23,652 bases of DNA from Thainema sp. (lineage in GTDB: Bacteria > Cyanobacteriota > Cyanobacteriia > Phormidesmidales > Phormidesmidaceae). The first letter of the stretch is position 1. Each line of letters starts with the position of its first letter. The DNA lies in contig JBQLZK010000084.1 in NCBI GenBank assembly GCA_052168235.1, positions 1 to 23,652 of the forward strand, in the 5' to 3' direction. Of the stretch, positions 1-9,756 are shown piece by piece. The translations under genes and the position numbers were made by a program. The notes beneath the pieces are model-generated. The model was not told the origin of the DNA, searched no databases, and saw nothing but the letters and a program-made list of their open reading frames with translations.

Positions 1-3
1 GTC

Positions 4-228
4 TCAAATGAGACACCCTTGTCCCAAAACCTCAATTAATCGAGGTTCCCATAATCTTGACCAGTCAAACAATTTCCCCACCGCCAACTGTAATCTGTTT
101 GCTAGCTCTGGTACTGGCAAAACCTCATCTGCCAACTCCAGAGCGACAGCCAATTGTCTCGGTTCATACACCAAAACCAACTGCTCTATTGGATCAACCA
201 GCCAGCCATCTCTCCTTCATACTGCAAT
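4..228 (-). pseudogene. C-terminal remnant of a Uma2 (DUF820) family endonuclease, 5'-truncated and frameshifted
   Basis: Manual translation of the minus strand gives LQYEGEM, then in another frame GWLVDPIEQLVLVYEPRQLAVALELADEVLPVPELANRLQLAVGKLFDW. This matches the C-terminus of cyanobacterial Uma2 proteins as I recall it (MGWLIDP..V.VY.P....LPVP....L.L.V..LF.W). The main frame has an in-frame TGA just upstream and no start codon ahead of the conserved segment. Only about 60 bp separate it from the recF stop. Confidence 0.7.
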
Positions 229-286
229 TGGGAGCTGATCCCAGACAAACACCGCAATATCCGGTGAGATTAAGCGCCAGTAGAGG

Positions 287-1429
287 TCAACTCTCCGGCA
301 CGATAATCTCTCCAGCTTTTACTGAGAGAATTTGTGAGGACTTCAGCCATTGGGCATCAAATGAGCCTAAATGTGTTGTCGTAATCAGCGTTTGAAAATG
401 ATCCTCGATTGCGTCTAAAAGCTGATTTTGGCGATGCAGATCCAACTCCGCTAACACATCATCCAGCAGCAGCAGCGGCGGTTCGCCGACCACCTCTTCA
501 ATGAGCTTCAGCTCAGCCAGCTTTAGCGCCAGCACTAGCGTCCGCTGCTGTCCCTGCGAACCATACTGACGAGCAGGCGTTTCATTAATCGTGAACTCCA
601 CCTCATCACGGTGGGGGCCGACGAGAGTTGTGCCTTGGTGTCGTTCTGCGATCGCACGTAGGCTAATTTTGTCCAAAAATGCTTGCTGCACCACCGACTG
701 TTCTTCGTCAGCAAACGGCACGCTCGGCAGATAGCCGATTTGCAGTTCTTCCGTGCTGTTGCTGATCGCTTGGTGCCAGTCTTGGGCAATGGGGGTGAGT
801 CGTTCCAATACGCGCAAACGGCGGCGGATGACTCGCGTTCCGGTCGTTGCCAGTTGAGCATCCCAGATCGCCAGTTGAGTTGGATCAAGTGAGGGTGGGG
901 TAGAGCCTTCCTCCTCGGCCCGTCGCTGCTGGCGCAGGATGGCGTTACGCTGGCGCAGGACTTGGTTGTACTGCTGCAAGATATAGGCGTAGAGCGGTTC
1001 AAGCTGCATCAAGAGTGTGTCCAGCCAGTCGCGCCGCTGACTGGGGCCACCCCGCACCAAGTCCATATCTAGGCTGGAAAACTGAACCGCATTCAGCGTT
1101 CCCAGAAAATCAATCTGCCGTCGCAGCGTTTCCTGATTCAGGATCGCCGTACGACGACCGCTGCTGCGTACTGTCAGCGTCATATCCATCACGCCAATGT
1201 CGCGATCGGCCACAGCGCCGATTTGGCCAGCATCGTAGCCATCCATAACCAAATCGCGATCGCGGGATACCCTATGCGATTTTAGGGTCGCCAGCAGCTC
1301 AACCGCTTCTAGTAGGTTGGACTTACCTTGGGCGTTATCTCCCACCAAAATCGTCTTCGGCGCGTGAAAATCCACCCGCTGATCGGGATAATTACGAAAC
1401 TGGCGCAGATGCAGAGTTTTCAGATACAT
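287..1429 (-). CDS. recF: DNA replication/repair protein RecF
   Basis: 380 aa; MYLKTLHLRQFRNY start, Walker A GDNAQGKSN, GPHRD, signature SQGQQR, Walker B LLLDD. Confidence 0.97.
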   Translation of the reverse strand: MYLKTLHLRQFRNYPDQRVDFHAPKTILVGDNAQGKSNLLEAVELLATLKSHRVSRDRDLVMDGYDAGQIGAVADRDIGVMDMTLTVRSSGRRTAILNQETLRRQIDFLGTLNAVQFSSLDMDLVRGGPSQRRDWLDTLLMQLEPLYAYILQQYNQVLRQRNAILRQQRRAEEEGSTPPSLDPTQLAIWDAQLATTGTRVIRRRLRVLERLTPIAQDWHQAISNSTEELQIGYLPSVPFADEEQSVVQQAFLDKISLRAIAERHQGTTLVGPHRDEVEFTINETPARQYGSQGQQRTLVLALKLAELKLIEEVVGEPPLLLLDDVLAELDLHRQNQLLDAIEDHFQTLITTTHLGSFDAQWLKSSQILSVKAGEIIVPES

Positions 1430-1462
1430 GTAAACGAAGTTGTGGAAGACGCGGCATCCTCC

Positions 1463-4333
1463 CTATTCTGCCGTGCCAACGCCCTTCCACCGCTTATAAA
1501 TCCGAATCACAATTTTTTCCAGTTCTACCCAAACAAACATCAGCGTACTGAAACCAAAGCAAACCAGCAGTTCCGTCGGGCTGAGGAAATGAGTGCCGAA
1601 GAAGTTCCGCAGCGGTTCCAAGTAGATCAGCATTAGCTGCAAAATCGTCGTGATCACCACCGACACCAGCACAAACGGATTAGAGAACGGATTCATCTCA
1701 ATGGCTAGGCGAGTACTGGAACGAACTGCGATCGCATGTCCCATCTGGGCCACACAGAGCGTAGTAAACACCATCGTTTTCCAGCGTTCCGGCGATAAGA
1801 TATCGCTTTGGACATCATGCGTATATGTGTATGACCAGCGCATCAGAATGATTGTGATGATGGCAAAGATAATCCCGATTCTCACCATGTAAGAACCCAG
1901 ACCCCGCGCAAAAATGCTTTCGTGCGGACTGTGGGGTGGGCGATTCATCACATCTGGTTCTGGCGGCTCCACGGCCAGTGCCAAGGCGGGAAATCCATCC
2001 GTTACTAGATTCATCCACAGAATTTGCAGTGGCGTCAGCGGTACGCCACCCACACCGATTGGGATCAGAATAGGCGAGGCCGCGATTGTCAGCACCTCAC
2101 CAATGTTCGAACCCAGGATGTATTTCACAAAGCGGCGAATATTGCCGTAAACCACTCGTCCCTCTTCCGTGGCGGCGACGATGGTAGCAAAGTTATCGTC
2201 CAGCAGCACCATGTCGCTGGCTTCCTTACTCACGTCAGTGCCCGTAATGCCCATTGCAATGCCGATATCAGCTTGCTTCAGCGCGGGTGCATCATTTACG
2301 CCATCGCCTGTCATCGCCACAATGTGGTGCTGCTGCTGAAGCGCTTGCACAATCCGCAGCTTATGTTCAGGGGCGACACGAGCATAAACGCCTACGTCCC
2401 GAACCACAGTTGCCAAGTCATCTACCGATAGATGTTCTAGCTCTTGACCGCTGATGGTGCGTTCTCCAGCCCGGATGATGCCTAAATCTTCGGCTAGAGC
2501 CTGAGCGGTAAGCTGATGATCGCCCGTGATCATGACGGGTCGAATACCTGCCTGCCGACAGCGAGCCACAGCCTGCCGCACTTCTGGTCGGGGTGCATCC
2601 AACATGCCGACTAAACCCAGCCACACCATGTTCTGCTCAGCGGTTTCGCTCGATTCTTCATCGGGGACGTAATCTAGGAGCCGATAGGCAAAGCCCAAAA
2701 CCCGCAAGCCGTGGCTGGCGAGCGATTCGTTTTGGGAGAGGATCTGCGATCGCAACTCATCGGGCAAAGGCTCAATTCGATCATCCTGCTGAATCTGGGT
2801 GCAGCGCTCCAGCAGCAGTTCTGGCGATCCCTTACTGAACATCAGGTAGTCTGACCAGTCGTTCCCCAGTTGCGATCGCACCAGTCGCTCAATCGGTGTT
2901 TGCGGCGTCAAATCTGTCTCTTGAGCGGCCACAACAATGCTCATCCGTTTCCGTTCGGAGGTGAAGGGAAATTCTACCTGGCGAGCGAGTAAATTAGACC
3001 AGTGTGGCTGGTTCAGATCAGACTTTCCAGCTAAAACGACCAATGCTCCTTCGGTGGGATCGCCCAGAATGGCCCATTCACCCTGCTCTTTCTGCAAGAC
3101 GGAATCATTACAAATCAGTCCACAGAGCAGCAAAAGCTGCACCTCGCGCTGATTTTGAATATCAACGGTGCTGTCCTGCTGGCGGAACTCACCAACGGGT
3201 TCATAGCCCTCTCCACTCACCTGGACAGTGTGCTGAGCGGTGACCACCGTTTGCACCACCATTTTGTTTTGGGTCAGTGTGCCTGTTTTGTCTGAACAAA
3301 TCGTTGTCACTGAACCGAGTGTTTCCACCGCTGGCAGCTTCCGGATCAGGGCATGGCGTCGCACCATCCGCTGCGTTCCCAGAGCCAGCGTTACGGTGAT
3401 AACAGCGGGTAGGCCCTCTGGCACAACGGCCACCGCCATACTGAGTGAGACTTCCAGCAAATCTTCGAAGGCTGACCAGCCCGCCGCTAGGACACCACCG
3501 ATCACGACCAGTGCCACTAAGGCCAACGAACCACTGACCAACACGTTGCCGAGCTGCGTCATTCGCTCTTGTAGGGGAGTCGGCTCAGACTCCACCGACT
3601 GAATCATGGAGGCGATGCGGCCCAGTTCGGTGGACATGCCAGTATTCGTAACCAAAACTTTGGCGCGACCTTGAACGACCTCTGTGCCTTGAAAAACTAG
3701 ATTAATCCGATCACCAAGCGCTGTTTCTGCTGGCAGAACGATGGGTGCATCTTTGCTCACTGCCTGGGCTTCCCCAGTCAGAGCCGACTCTCGCACCTGA
3801 AGATTCGCTTCTTCCAAGATTCGGCCATCGGCAGCGATCTGAACTCCGGCCTCCAGCAGCAAAATATCACCGGGCACAATTTCCTTGGCCGCCACCTCAA
3901 TTACCCGACCGTTTCGCACTAACCGCACCAGCGGCGATGCCATTTGCTTCAGGGCTGCCAGCGCTTGCTCAGCTCGGCTCTCCTGAAAATAGCCCAAAAC
4001 GCCGTTCAGGATCACGATCAGAAAAATTGCGATCGCATCTTTCGGTACCGATCCATCCCGTAAATCCAGCACTGCCGATACAACGGCCACCGCAATCAGC
4101 ATCAGCAGCATGATGTTGGTGAACTGATCGAGCAAAATCTGCCAGTTGCTGCGGCCACCTGTTTCTTCCAGCTCATTCAATCCGTAATGCTGAATGCGAT
4201 CGCGCACCTGATCCGCAGATAGACCTGATTGCGCATTGCTCTCTAACTGGGCCAGCGCTTTCTCTGGCTCAATGGTGTGCCAAGGCGACTTAACAGTAGC
4301 AGGAGAAGACGAAGCCAGAGAATTAAGAGTCAT
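1463..4333 (-). CDS. Cation-transporting P-type ATPase, type IIA (PacL-like, probable Ca2+ pump)
   Basis: 956 aa; phosphorylation motif DKTGTLT, TGEA actuator motif, [26 protein letters not shown], and SNIGE and WMNLVTD ion-binding helices. Confidence 0.93.
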   Translation of the reverse strand: MTLNSLASSSPATVKSPWHTIEPEKALAQLESNAQSGLSADQVRDRIQHYGLNELEETGGRSNWQILLDQFTNIMLLMLIAVAVVSAVLDLRDGSVPKDAIAIFLIVILNGVLGYFQESRAEQALAALKQMASPLVRLVRNGRVIEVAAKEIVPGDILLLEAGVQIAADGRILEEANLQVRESALTGEAQAVSKDAPIVLPAETALGDRINLVFQGTEVVQGRAKVLVTNTGMSTELGRIASMIQSVESEPTPLQERMTQLGNVLVSGSLALVALVVIGGVLAAGWSAFEDLLEVSLSMAVAVVPEGLPAVITVTLALGTQRMVRRHALIRKLPAVETLGSVTTICSDKTGTLTQNKMVVQTVVTAQHTVQVSGEGYEPVGEFRQQDSTVDIQNQREVQLLLLCGLICNDSVLQKEQGEWAILGDPTEGALVVLAGKSDLNQPHWSNLLARQVEFPFTSERKRMSIVVAAQETDLTPQTPIERLVRSQLGNDWSDYLMFSKGSPELLLERCTQIQQDDRIEPLPDELRSQILSQNESLASHGLRVLGFAYRLLDYVPDEESSETAEQNMVWLGLVGMLDAPRPEVRQAVARCRQAGIRPVMITGDHQLTAQALAEDLGIIRAGERTISGQELEHLSVDDLATVVRDVGVYARVAPEHKLRIVQALQQQHHIVAMTGDGVNDAPALKQADIGIAMGITGTDVSKEASDMVLLDDNFATIVAATEEGRVVYGNIRRFVKYILGSNIGEVLTIAASPILIPIGVGGVPLTPLQILWMNLVTDGFPALALAVEPPEPDVMNRPPHSPHESIFARGLGSYMVRIGIIFAIITIILMRWSYTYTHDVQSDILSPERWKTMVFTTLCVAQMGHAIAVRSSTRLAIEMNPFSNPFVLVSVVITTILQLMLIYLEPLRNFFGTHFLSPTELLVCFGFSTLMFVWVELEKIVIRIYKRWKGVGTAE

Positions 4334-4387
4334 ACAGCCCTATATCGATACGAGTGGGGATCACGAAAAATCGTCTAGTACTTAATC

Positions 4388-4417
4388 ATAGTGCCAGCTA
4401 TAATACGGTGGCACTAT
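4388..4417. promoter_or_regulatory. Inverted repeat enclosing a consensus -10 box in the divergent promoter region (candidate operator)
   Basis: ATAGTGCCA-N12-TGGCACTAT with TATAAT at 4399-4404 inside the spacer; overlaps the palindrome ACTATT-A-AATAGT at 4413-4425. Confidence 0.5.
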
Positions 4418-4544
4418 TAAATAGTATGAATTAAATCGAATTATGGGGATCAGCGTTCGCTTCAGGTAAATTAACATCCCTGTTTTGGATCACCTTTAAA
4501 TCATTCATTTTCAAATCATTTAGATATCTGGATTTTTGGAATCA

Positions 4545-5660
4545 ATGGTTGCCAATCCGTTTGAACCTCATCCTTATCAGCTCATTGGACGTCAAACTGA
4601 ATTGCACACCATTCAGACGATCCTGCAAGCCGATGGAGACCTGTTGATGACAGGCGTGCCGGGTAGCGGACGCCAAACTCTGATTCATCTCGCCGCGCAG
4701 AAGATTGGCGCGAAGGTAATCACCATCGATTGTCTGCGAGCAACCAATCAGGCGCGATTTTTGCAGCTTTTGTCCGATGGTTTACTGGCCGTGCTGACCA
4801 CACCCGAGGAGATCAGCCTCATTCAGCGCTGGAGCCTGAATCAACCCGTCACGTTAGAAAAATTACCAGCAGGCCGATTTCGACTCCGCTGGCACCTGGG
4901 CCCCCAGCAGGGCTGGACGGAGCTGCAATCATTTCTGGCTCTGCCTCAACAGTTAGCTGAACGGTTCAGTTATCGCTTCGTGATTGTATTAGAGAATTTT
5001 CCTCATATTCGTTCGTGGGATCGATCTCAGCAGTGGGAAACCTATTTGCGCCAAGAAATTCAGCAGCAGAGCCACGTTAGCTATGCCATTTTGACCACTG
5101 TTGCCGAAAATTGGGCCACACAGCCCAATTTTCACATCATGTCGCTAGAACCCCTGTCTGACCAGATCCTTGGGGAGTGGATTCAGTCAGCAATGGCAGC
5201 CGAAGGATTGAAATTTGAACCCAGCGGAGCCGCCCTCCAGTTCTTTCTCGATTCGGTGCAGGGACATCTAGGAGATGCGATCGCAATTGCCCGCCGCATT
5301 TGGCTAGACTGTCGCGCCTTGGAGCCGGATTGGAATCAAGAACATGCTGGGCTGTATATTCAAGCCCATCAGGTGCATCGCAGCATTCATTCCCTAATTG
5401 AAGACCTGGCACCAACGTTTGAATCGCTGATTTTGCTGCTGCCGCCTAGTCAAATTCGAGTGCTGGAAAGCTTAGCCATTGATCCCACAGATAGCCCCCA
5501 TAGCCGTGACTACACGCAAAAACATCAGCTTTCTAGAGGAGGCGGTCTACAGGGAGCACTTGCTAGCCTGGAGCAAAAAGGACTTTTGTATGGCCCTCAG
5601 CAGGGCTATCGGATTGCCCTACCGCTGTTTGCGCTGTGGTTACGACAGCGGTTGGCTTAA
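4545..5660 (+). CDS. P-loop (AAA/STAND-like) ATP-binding protein with probable C-terminal winged helix
   Basis: ATG at 4545 (TTG at 4536 is an alternative). N-terminal LIGRQTEL, Walker A-like GVPGSGRQT and Walker B-like FVIVLENF. The C-terminal LQGALASLEQKGLL...YRIALPLFALWL is typical of the wHTH of archaeal-ATPase-like proteins. Confidence 0.75.
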   Translation: MVANPFEPHPYQLIGRQTELHTIQTILQADGDLLMTGVPGSGRQTLIHLAAQKIGAKVITIDCLRATNQARFLQLLSDGLLAVLTTPEEISLIQRWSLNQPVTLEKLPAGRFRLRWHLGPQQGWTELQSFLALPQQLAERFSYRFVIVLENFPHIRSWDRSQQWETYLRQEIQQQSHVSYAILTTVAENWATQPNFHIMSLEPLSDQILGEWIQSAMAAEGLKFEPSGAALQFFLDSVQGHLGDAIAIARRIWLDCRALEPDWNQEHAGLYIQAHQVHRSIHSLIEDLAPTFESLILLLPPSQIRVLESLAIDPTDSPHSRDYTQKHQLSRGGGLQGALASLEQKGLLYGPQQGYRIALPLFALWLRQRLA

Positions 5661-5664
5661 TTTA

Positions 5665-5706
5665 TGTGTGACTAGGAGACTGGGCTACAAGCCTCCTAGT
5701 CACACA
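5665..5706. repeat. 14-bp perfect stem-loop between co-oriented genes
   Basis: TGTGTGACTAGGAG-N14-CTCCTAGTCACACA, starting 5 nt after the stop at 5660; no T-tract follows on the plus strand. Confidence 0.75.
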
Positions 5707-5751
5707 ATAGAAAGATTTATCTTGATTTTTGTGCAAATAAGGGAGGAATAA

Positions 5752-6738
5752 ATGGGTCTGGGCATGTTAGTGGACGGTGAATGGAAAACCAGCCGTGACC
5801 AAGAAGATAAAGACGGTAAGTTCGTGCGGCCATCGACGACATTCCGCGATCGCATTACTGCCGATGGTAGCAGCGGCTATCCAGCCGAAGCGGGACGCTA
5901 TCACCTGTACGTTTCACTGGCCTGTCCCTGGGCGCACCGCACGTTAATCATGCGATCGCTAAAAGGATTGGAAGATGCCATTGGTCTGTCGATTGTGCAT
6001 CCCCATATGGGCGATGACGGCTGGTTTTTCAGCGATGACTATCCTGGTGCGGTTCCGGATACCGTGAATCACACTCAGTTTCTGCGCGATATTTATGTAA
6101 AAGCTGAACCCGACTTTACTGGACGGGTCACGGTACCTGTGCTGTGGGATAAGCAGACCCAAACGATCGTCAACAACGAATCCCGCGACATCATTCGCAT
6201 GTTTGACCACGAATGCAATGCGATCGCAAATAATTCTTCAGTTAATCTCTGTCCCGCCAAGCTTCAGCCGCAAGTGGATGAAGCGATGGATGCCATTTAC
6301 CAACCGATTAATAATGGGGTTTATCGGGCCGGATTCGCTACTAAACAAGCGGCGTACGAGGAAGCGGTAACGGAGCTATTCGAAGCGCTCGATCATTGGG
6401 AAGAGGTGTTGAGCAAGCAGCGCTACCTTTGCGGCGACCAGATGACCGAGGCTGACATCTGCATGTTCACAACCCTATTTCGGTTTGATGCCGTTTACTA
6501 CGTTCACTTCAAGTGCAATCTGCGCCGCATTGCCGAGTATCCCAATCTGTGGAACTATCTGCGGGACTTGTATCAGCATCCAGACATTAAGCAGACCTGC
6601 AATCTAGATCACATCAAGACCCACTACTACACCAGCCATCCCAACGTGAATCCCTACGGTATCGTCCCCAAAGGCCCGATCATCGATTTTGATCAGCCCC
6701 ATAACCGAGGCGAAAAATTTGCGATCGCAACGGTTTAA
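5752..6738 (+). CDS. Glutathionyl-hydroquinone reductase (YqjG/ECM4-like glutathione S-transferase family)
   Basis: 328 aa; RYHLYVSLACPWAHR catalytic motif, TVPVLWD, IVNNES, NNGVYRAGFA, HYYTSH; RBS GGAGG upstream. Confidence 0.93.
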   Translation: MGLGMLVDGEWKTSRDQEDKDGKFVRPSTTFRDRITADGSSGYPAEAGRYHLYVSLACPWAHRTLIMRSLKGLEDAIGLSIVHPHMGDDGWFFSDDYPGAVPDTVNHTQFLRDIYVKAEPDFTGRVTVPVLWDKQTQTIVNNESRDIIRMFDHECNAIANNSSVNLCPAKLQPQVDEAMDAIYQPINNGVYRAGFATKQAAYEEAVTELFEALDHWEEVLSKQRYLCGDQMTEADICMFTTLFRFDAVYYVHFKCNLRRIAEYPNLWNYLRDLYQHPDIKQTCNLDHIKTHYYTSHPNVNPYGIVPKGPIIDFDQPHNRGEKFAIATV

Positions 6739-6747
6739 GTCAGTCTT

Positions 6748-6794
6748 ATCTCAATACAAAAAGGCCAGCATCGCTGGCCTTTTTGTATTGAGAT
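6748..6794. terminator. Bidirectional rho-independent terminator (22-bp perfect inverted repeat)
   Basis: ATCTCAATACAAAAAGGCCAGC-ATC-GCTGGCCTTTTTGTATTGAGAT between convergent genes; a GC stem with a T5 tract on each strand. Confidence 0.85.
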
Positions 6795-6806
6795 TAAGAG
6801 AAGAAG

Positions 6807-8171
6807 CTAGTACCGTTCGCTATTTGCGCCGACGTTACCTAACTCAGCCAAGCGCGGCGTAATTGCTGGCACACTAGGAGCCGCATTTTGCCGATTGGCC
6901 ACAATCGTGGAACTCAGGGCTGAAATAGCCTGCCGATACTGAGGATCGGCATCAGACGAACCAATCAAGGTTGGTTGTGAGGCCAAAAGCCGTCGCTCAG
7001 TACCCGTCAGATCAACCTCAATGTCGGGATCAATCCCATGCTGACTGATATCGGTGCCGTTGGGCGTATAGTAGTGCGCTACCGTGACCGCCAGACCAGA
7101 ACCATCAGAGAGCGAATGAACCGACTGGACAAGCGCTTTCCCGAAGGTGCGACTGCCAACAATCGTGGCTCGACCGTTATCCTGCAGTGCGCCCGTCAGG
7201 ATTTCGCTGGAGCTAGCCGAATCGCCATCGACTAAAACCGCAAGCGGCAGGTTGGTTAGTGCGGAACCATCAGCCTTAATTTCTTCGCTGTCGCCCTCAC
7301 GGTCAACAGTCTTGACGATTGCGCCATCCTGGAGCCACATGCGGCTAATCTCAATACTGGAGCGGAGCAGCCCACCCGGATTCCCACGCAAGTCCAGCAC
7401 AAATCCTTCTGCACCCTGCTGCTTCAGGGTTTGGATAGCATGCTGCATCTGCTCGGCAGCATGGGCACTAAATTCATTTAGACGAATATAGCCGACGTTG
7501 TTGGCGGATTCTTGCTTCAGCGCGTAATGAACGGTAGGAACTTGAATCAAATCGCGAACAATCGCAATTGTCTGCTCATGCAGGCCATTTCGGGAAACCT
7601 GTAGGGAAACTTCTGTACCTACTTCGCCGCGAATTAGCTCCGACGCTTGCTCAACGCTCATGCCTTCTGTGGACTGCCCATCAATCGCTAACACGCGATC
7701 ACCAGTCCGAACTCCAGCCTGTATAGCGGGTGAGCCTTCTAACGCTTCTTCTACAATCAGCGTTTGGGTCGGGCGGTCTAGCTTTAAGCGAATACCAATA
7801 CCCGACAGCTCACCCGATGTTTGAGCCGTCAACTGCTGATACTGTTCTGGATCCATGAAGCGAGTGTAGGGATCATCCAGGGCTTCCAATGCTTCCCGGA
7901 GGGCTTCATACGCTTCTTCTTGGCTGCCGTAGTTGCGGCTTAGTAACTCTTGACGAACTGCGATCCAATCTTGCTGATTAAAGGTCTCATCCACATATTC
8001 TCGATTAACGATTTGCCAAGCTTCGTCGATAACAACTTTTGGGCTGTCCTGTAGAGCGGCATTAACCGATGGGCTCAGGGCTGGCGACAAAATCGACAGT
8101 AGCGTTGAGGTGGCAACAACGCTTCCAGCTAAAAACAGGCGAGGTAAACGGGAGCGGCGGGATCGGTTCAT
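6807..8171 (-). CDS. Carboxyl-terminal processing protease, S41A family (CtpA/CtpB-like)
   Basis: Start placed at ATG 8171 (MNRSRRSR followed by a hydrophobic signal-like stretch). Motifs: DPYTRF, PDZ GIGI, DLRGNPGG, SASSSEI (catalytic Ser), TFGKALVQ (catalytic Lys), GIDPD. Confidence 0.92.
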   Translation of the reverse strand: MNRSRRSRLPRLFLAGSVVATSTLLSILSPALSPSVNAALQDSPKVVIDEAWQIVNREYVDETFNQQDWIAVRQELLSRNYGSQEEAYEALREALEALDDPYTRFMDPEQYQQLTAQTSGELSGIGIRLKLDRPTQTLIVEEALEGSPAIQAGVRTGDRVLAIDGQSTEGMSVEQASELIRGEVGTEVSLQVSRNGLHEQTIAIVRDLIQVPTVHYALKQESANNVGYIRLNEFSAHAAEQMQHAIQTLKQQGAEGFVLDLRGNPGGLLRSSIEISRMWLQDGAIVKTVDREGDSEEIKADGSALTNLPLAVLVDGDSASSSEILTGALQDNGRATIVGSRTFGKALVQSVHSLSDGSGLAVTVAHYYTPNGTDISQHGIDPDIEVDLTGTERRLLASQPTLIGSSDADPQYRQAISALSSTIVANRQNAAPSVPAITPRLAELGNVGANSERY

Positions 8172-8294
8172 AGATATGGCAGTAGCGTAGACAAAAAAAT
8201 AAGATCGGACGATCAACTCAACTCGTTGAAGAGTGTGAAGGAGAGAAGGCTAGTGGTTTCAGCTTTAAAGCTCTATCACAAAGCTCTGTCACAT

Positions 8295-8399
8295 TCACGC
8301 TCCTAAGCAGTAGCCAGTTTGATTGAACCAGAAGCTTAAATTCGAAACACCTAACCTTTTTGCTGGCAACAGATTTGGGCTAGCTGGAGCAAGCGCCAT
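8295..8399 (-). CDS. Candidate 34-aa small protein / upstream ORF
   Basis: MALAPASPNLLPAKRLGVSNLSFWFNQTGYCLGA*, preceded by a perfect AGGAGG (8408-8413) with an 8-nt spacer; shorter than any ORF in the supplied track. Confidence 0.35.
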   Translation of the reverse strand: MALAPASPNLLPAKRLGVSNLSFWFNQTGYCLGA

Positions 8400-8990
8400 C
8401 CGGTAAGCCTCCTGTACAAACAACCCAATAGGAATAACTACAGTAAAACGATGCCGGATATCGGCACGTACTCACTATATATTCGCTACTAAGTTAGCCA
8501 GCTTAGCTGAACTGGGTTCCATAAGCTGTGCCAGTTCAATTGGTGTCCCCTTCGGCTTGAGAGAGTTATAACAGAGCCACACACTCAACGGGAATAATGA
8601 CATAAGTCTAAACTATATGCAGCTAAACCCTAACTTATTGATAGCGAACTGGAGTTCTGGGTAGGGATGAGGCTGCTTAAATTTAACTCAGTTGATCAGA
8701 AGGTAGATGCTGACTTCACTATATCTCAGAGTGAAAGGTCTCTCCGAGTGAACGACTAGTCAGCCGATTGCCAACTAATCTAGCGGATCTCGTGAAAGAA
8801 CAGTGTGAACTCGGGTAAGCCGTTGTAAAAGTTCACGCAATCAAAATCCTGGTGAGAAGATGCCATTAATATTGGTGCTATGTTGCCAAAGTATTTGACC
8901 GATTGAAAACCGCAGATGCACTGAATCTGCCTGATCTGCCTACAAAAGAATTGATATTCGGCATACAAATTTCGAGATTAACGATTGAAG

Positions 8991-9734
8991 ATGAGGCGCG
9001 ATCGCACATTGATCCAATTGATCCACCAGTTTTTTCAGCAAGTTCTCCAGTTTTGCAATCAGGCTTTCAATCGGCTTTTCAATCAACTGCTGCATCGACC
9101 AGTGATGCGACGGGTGGGGCAGGGACTGGTGTTGATCGGCGTGGGCTGGTTGATTGTCAGTGCGATCGCACTGGCACAAGCGGCGATGCAGCCGACCGAT
9201 GGCATCTTGGTACTCGGTGGGAGTATTCGCCGAGAGATTTACGCTGCGGAACTCAGCACTCTGCACCCTGAGTTACCCATTTTGATTTCTAAAGGGTCTG
9301 AGCCACCCTGTATCCGCAAAATTTTTGAGCGCGATCAAACCCCTGTGCATCGAGTTTGGCTGGAGCAATGTGCAGATTCAACCTTTGGCAATTTTTACTT
9401 TGGTCTACCGATTCTCCAGTCGTGGGGCGTTCGTCACGTTCAGCTCGTGACATCTCCTACCCATTTACCACGGGCACTGTGGCTAGCCCGAGTAATGCTC
9501 AGCAGCCACGGTATCTGGGTAACGCCTAACTTAGTAGAAGAGATGGGGGTGCCTGGCAATCAGGAAGCGTGGTGGAAAACGATCTTGGATGTAAGTCGGG
9601 GTGGATTTTGGGCGATTGCGAGTTTGTTTTATCAGGTTCAGTGCGATGATGTGCTCCCACTGTCACAGGTTGATGTCAGTAATTGGGACAGCCAAGATGT
9701 TCAGTGCGAACGACAAGCAGGACTAGACAACTAG
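8991..9734 (+). CDS. YdcF / DUF218 family protein
   Basis: TM helix followed by ILVLGG, ILISKGS, E..ADSTFGN and LVTSPTHLPRA. Start is uncertain (ATG 8991 or 9105). Confidence 0.85.
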   Translation: MRRDRTLIQLIHQFFQQVLQFCNQAFNRLFNQLLHRPVMRRVGQGLVLIGVGWLIVSAIALAQAAMQPTDGILVLGGSIRREIYAAELSTLHPELPILISKGSEPPCIRKIFERDQTPVHRVWLEQCADSTFGNFYFGLPILQSWGVRHVQLVTSPTHLPRALWLARVMLSSHGIWVTPNLVEEMGVPGNQEAWWKTILDVSRGGFWAIASLFYQVQCDDVLPLSQVDVSNWDSQDVQCERQAGLDN

Positions 9735-9756
9735 ATTGGTATCTTGCATCCAAAAC

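Noticed and set aside
8..395. Plus-strand ORFs 8-238 and 57-395
   Set aside because: They are antisense shadows of the Uma2 remnant and the recF 3' end, with no recognisable motifs.
8290..8600. Possible 6S RNA or a named riboswitch upstream of the Ctp protease
   Set aside because: No long closing stem or conserved segments that I can match to 6S RNA or a known riboswitch; kept only as an unnamed candidate.
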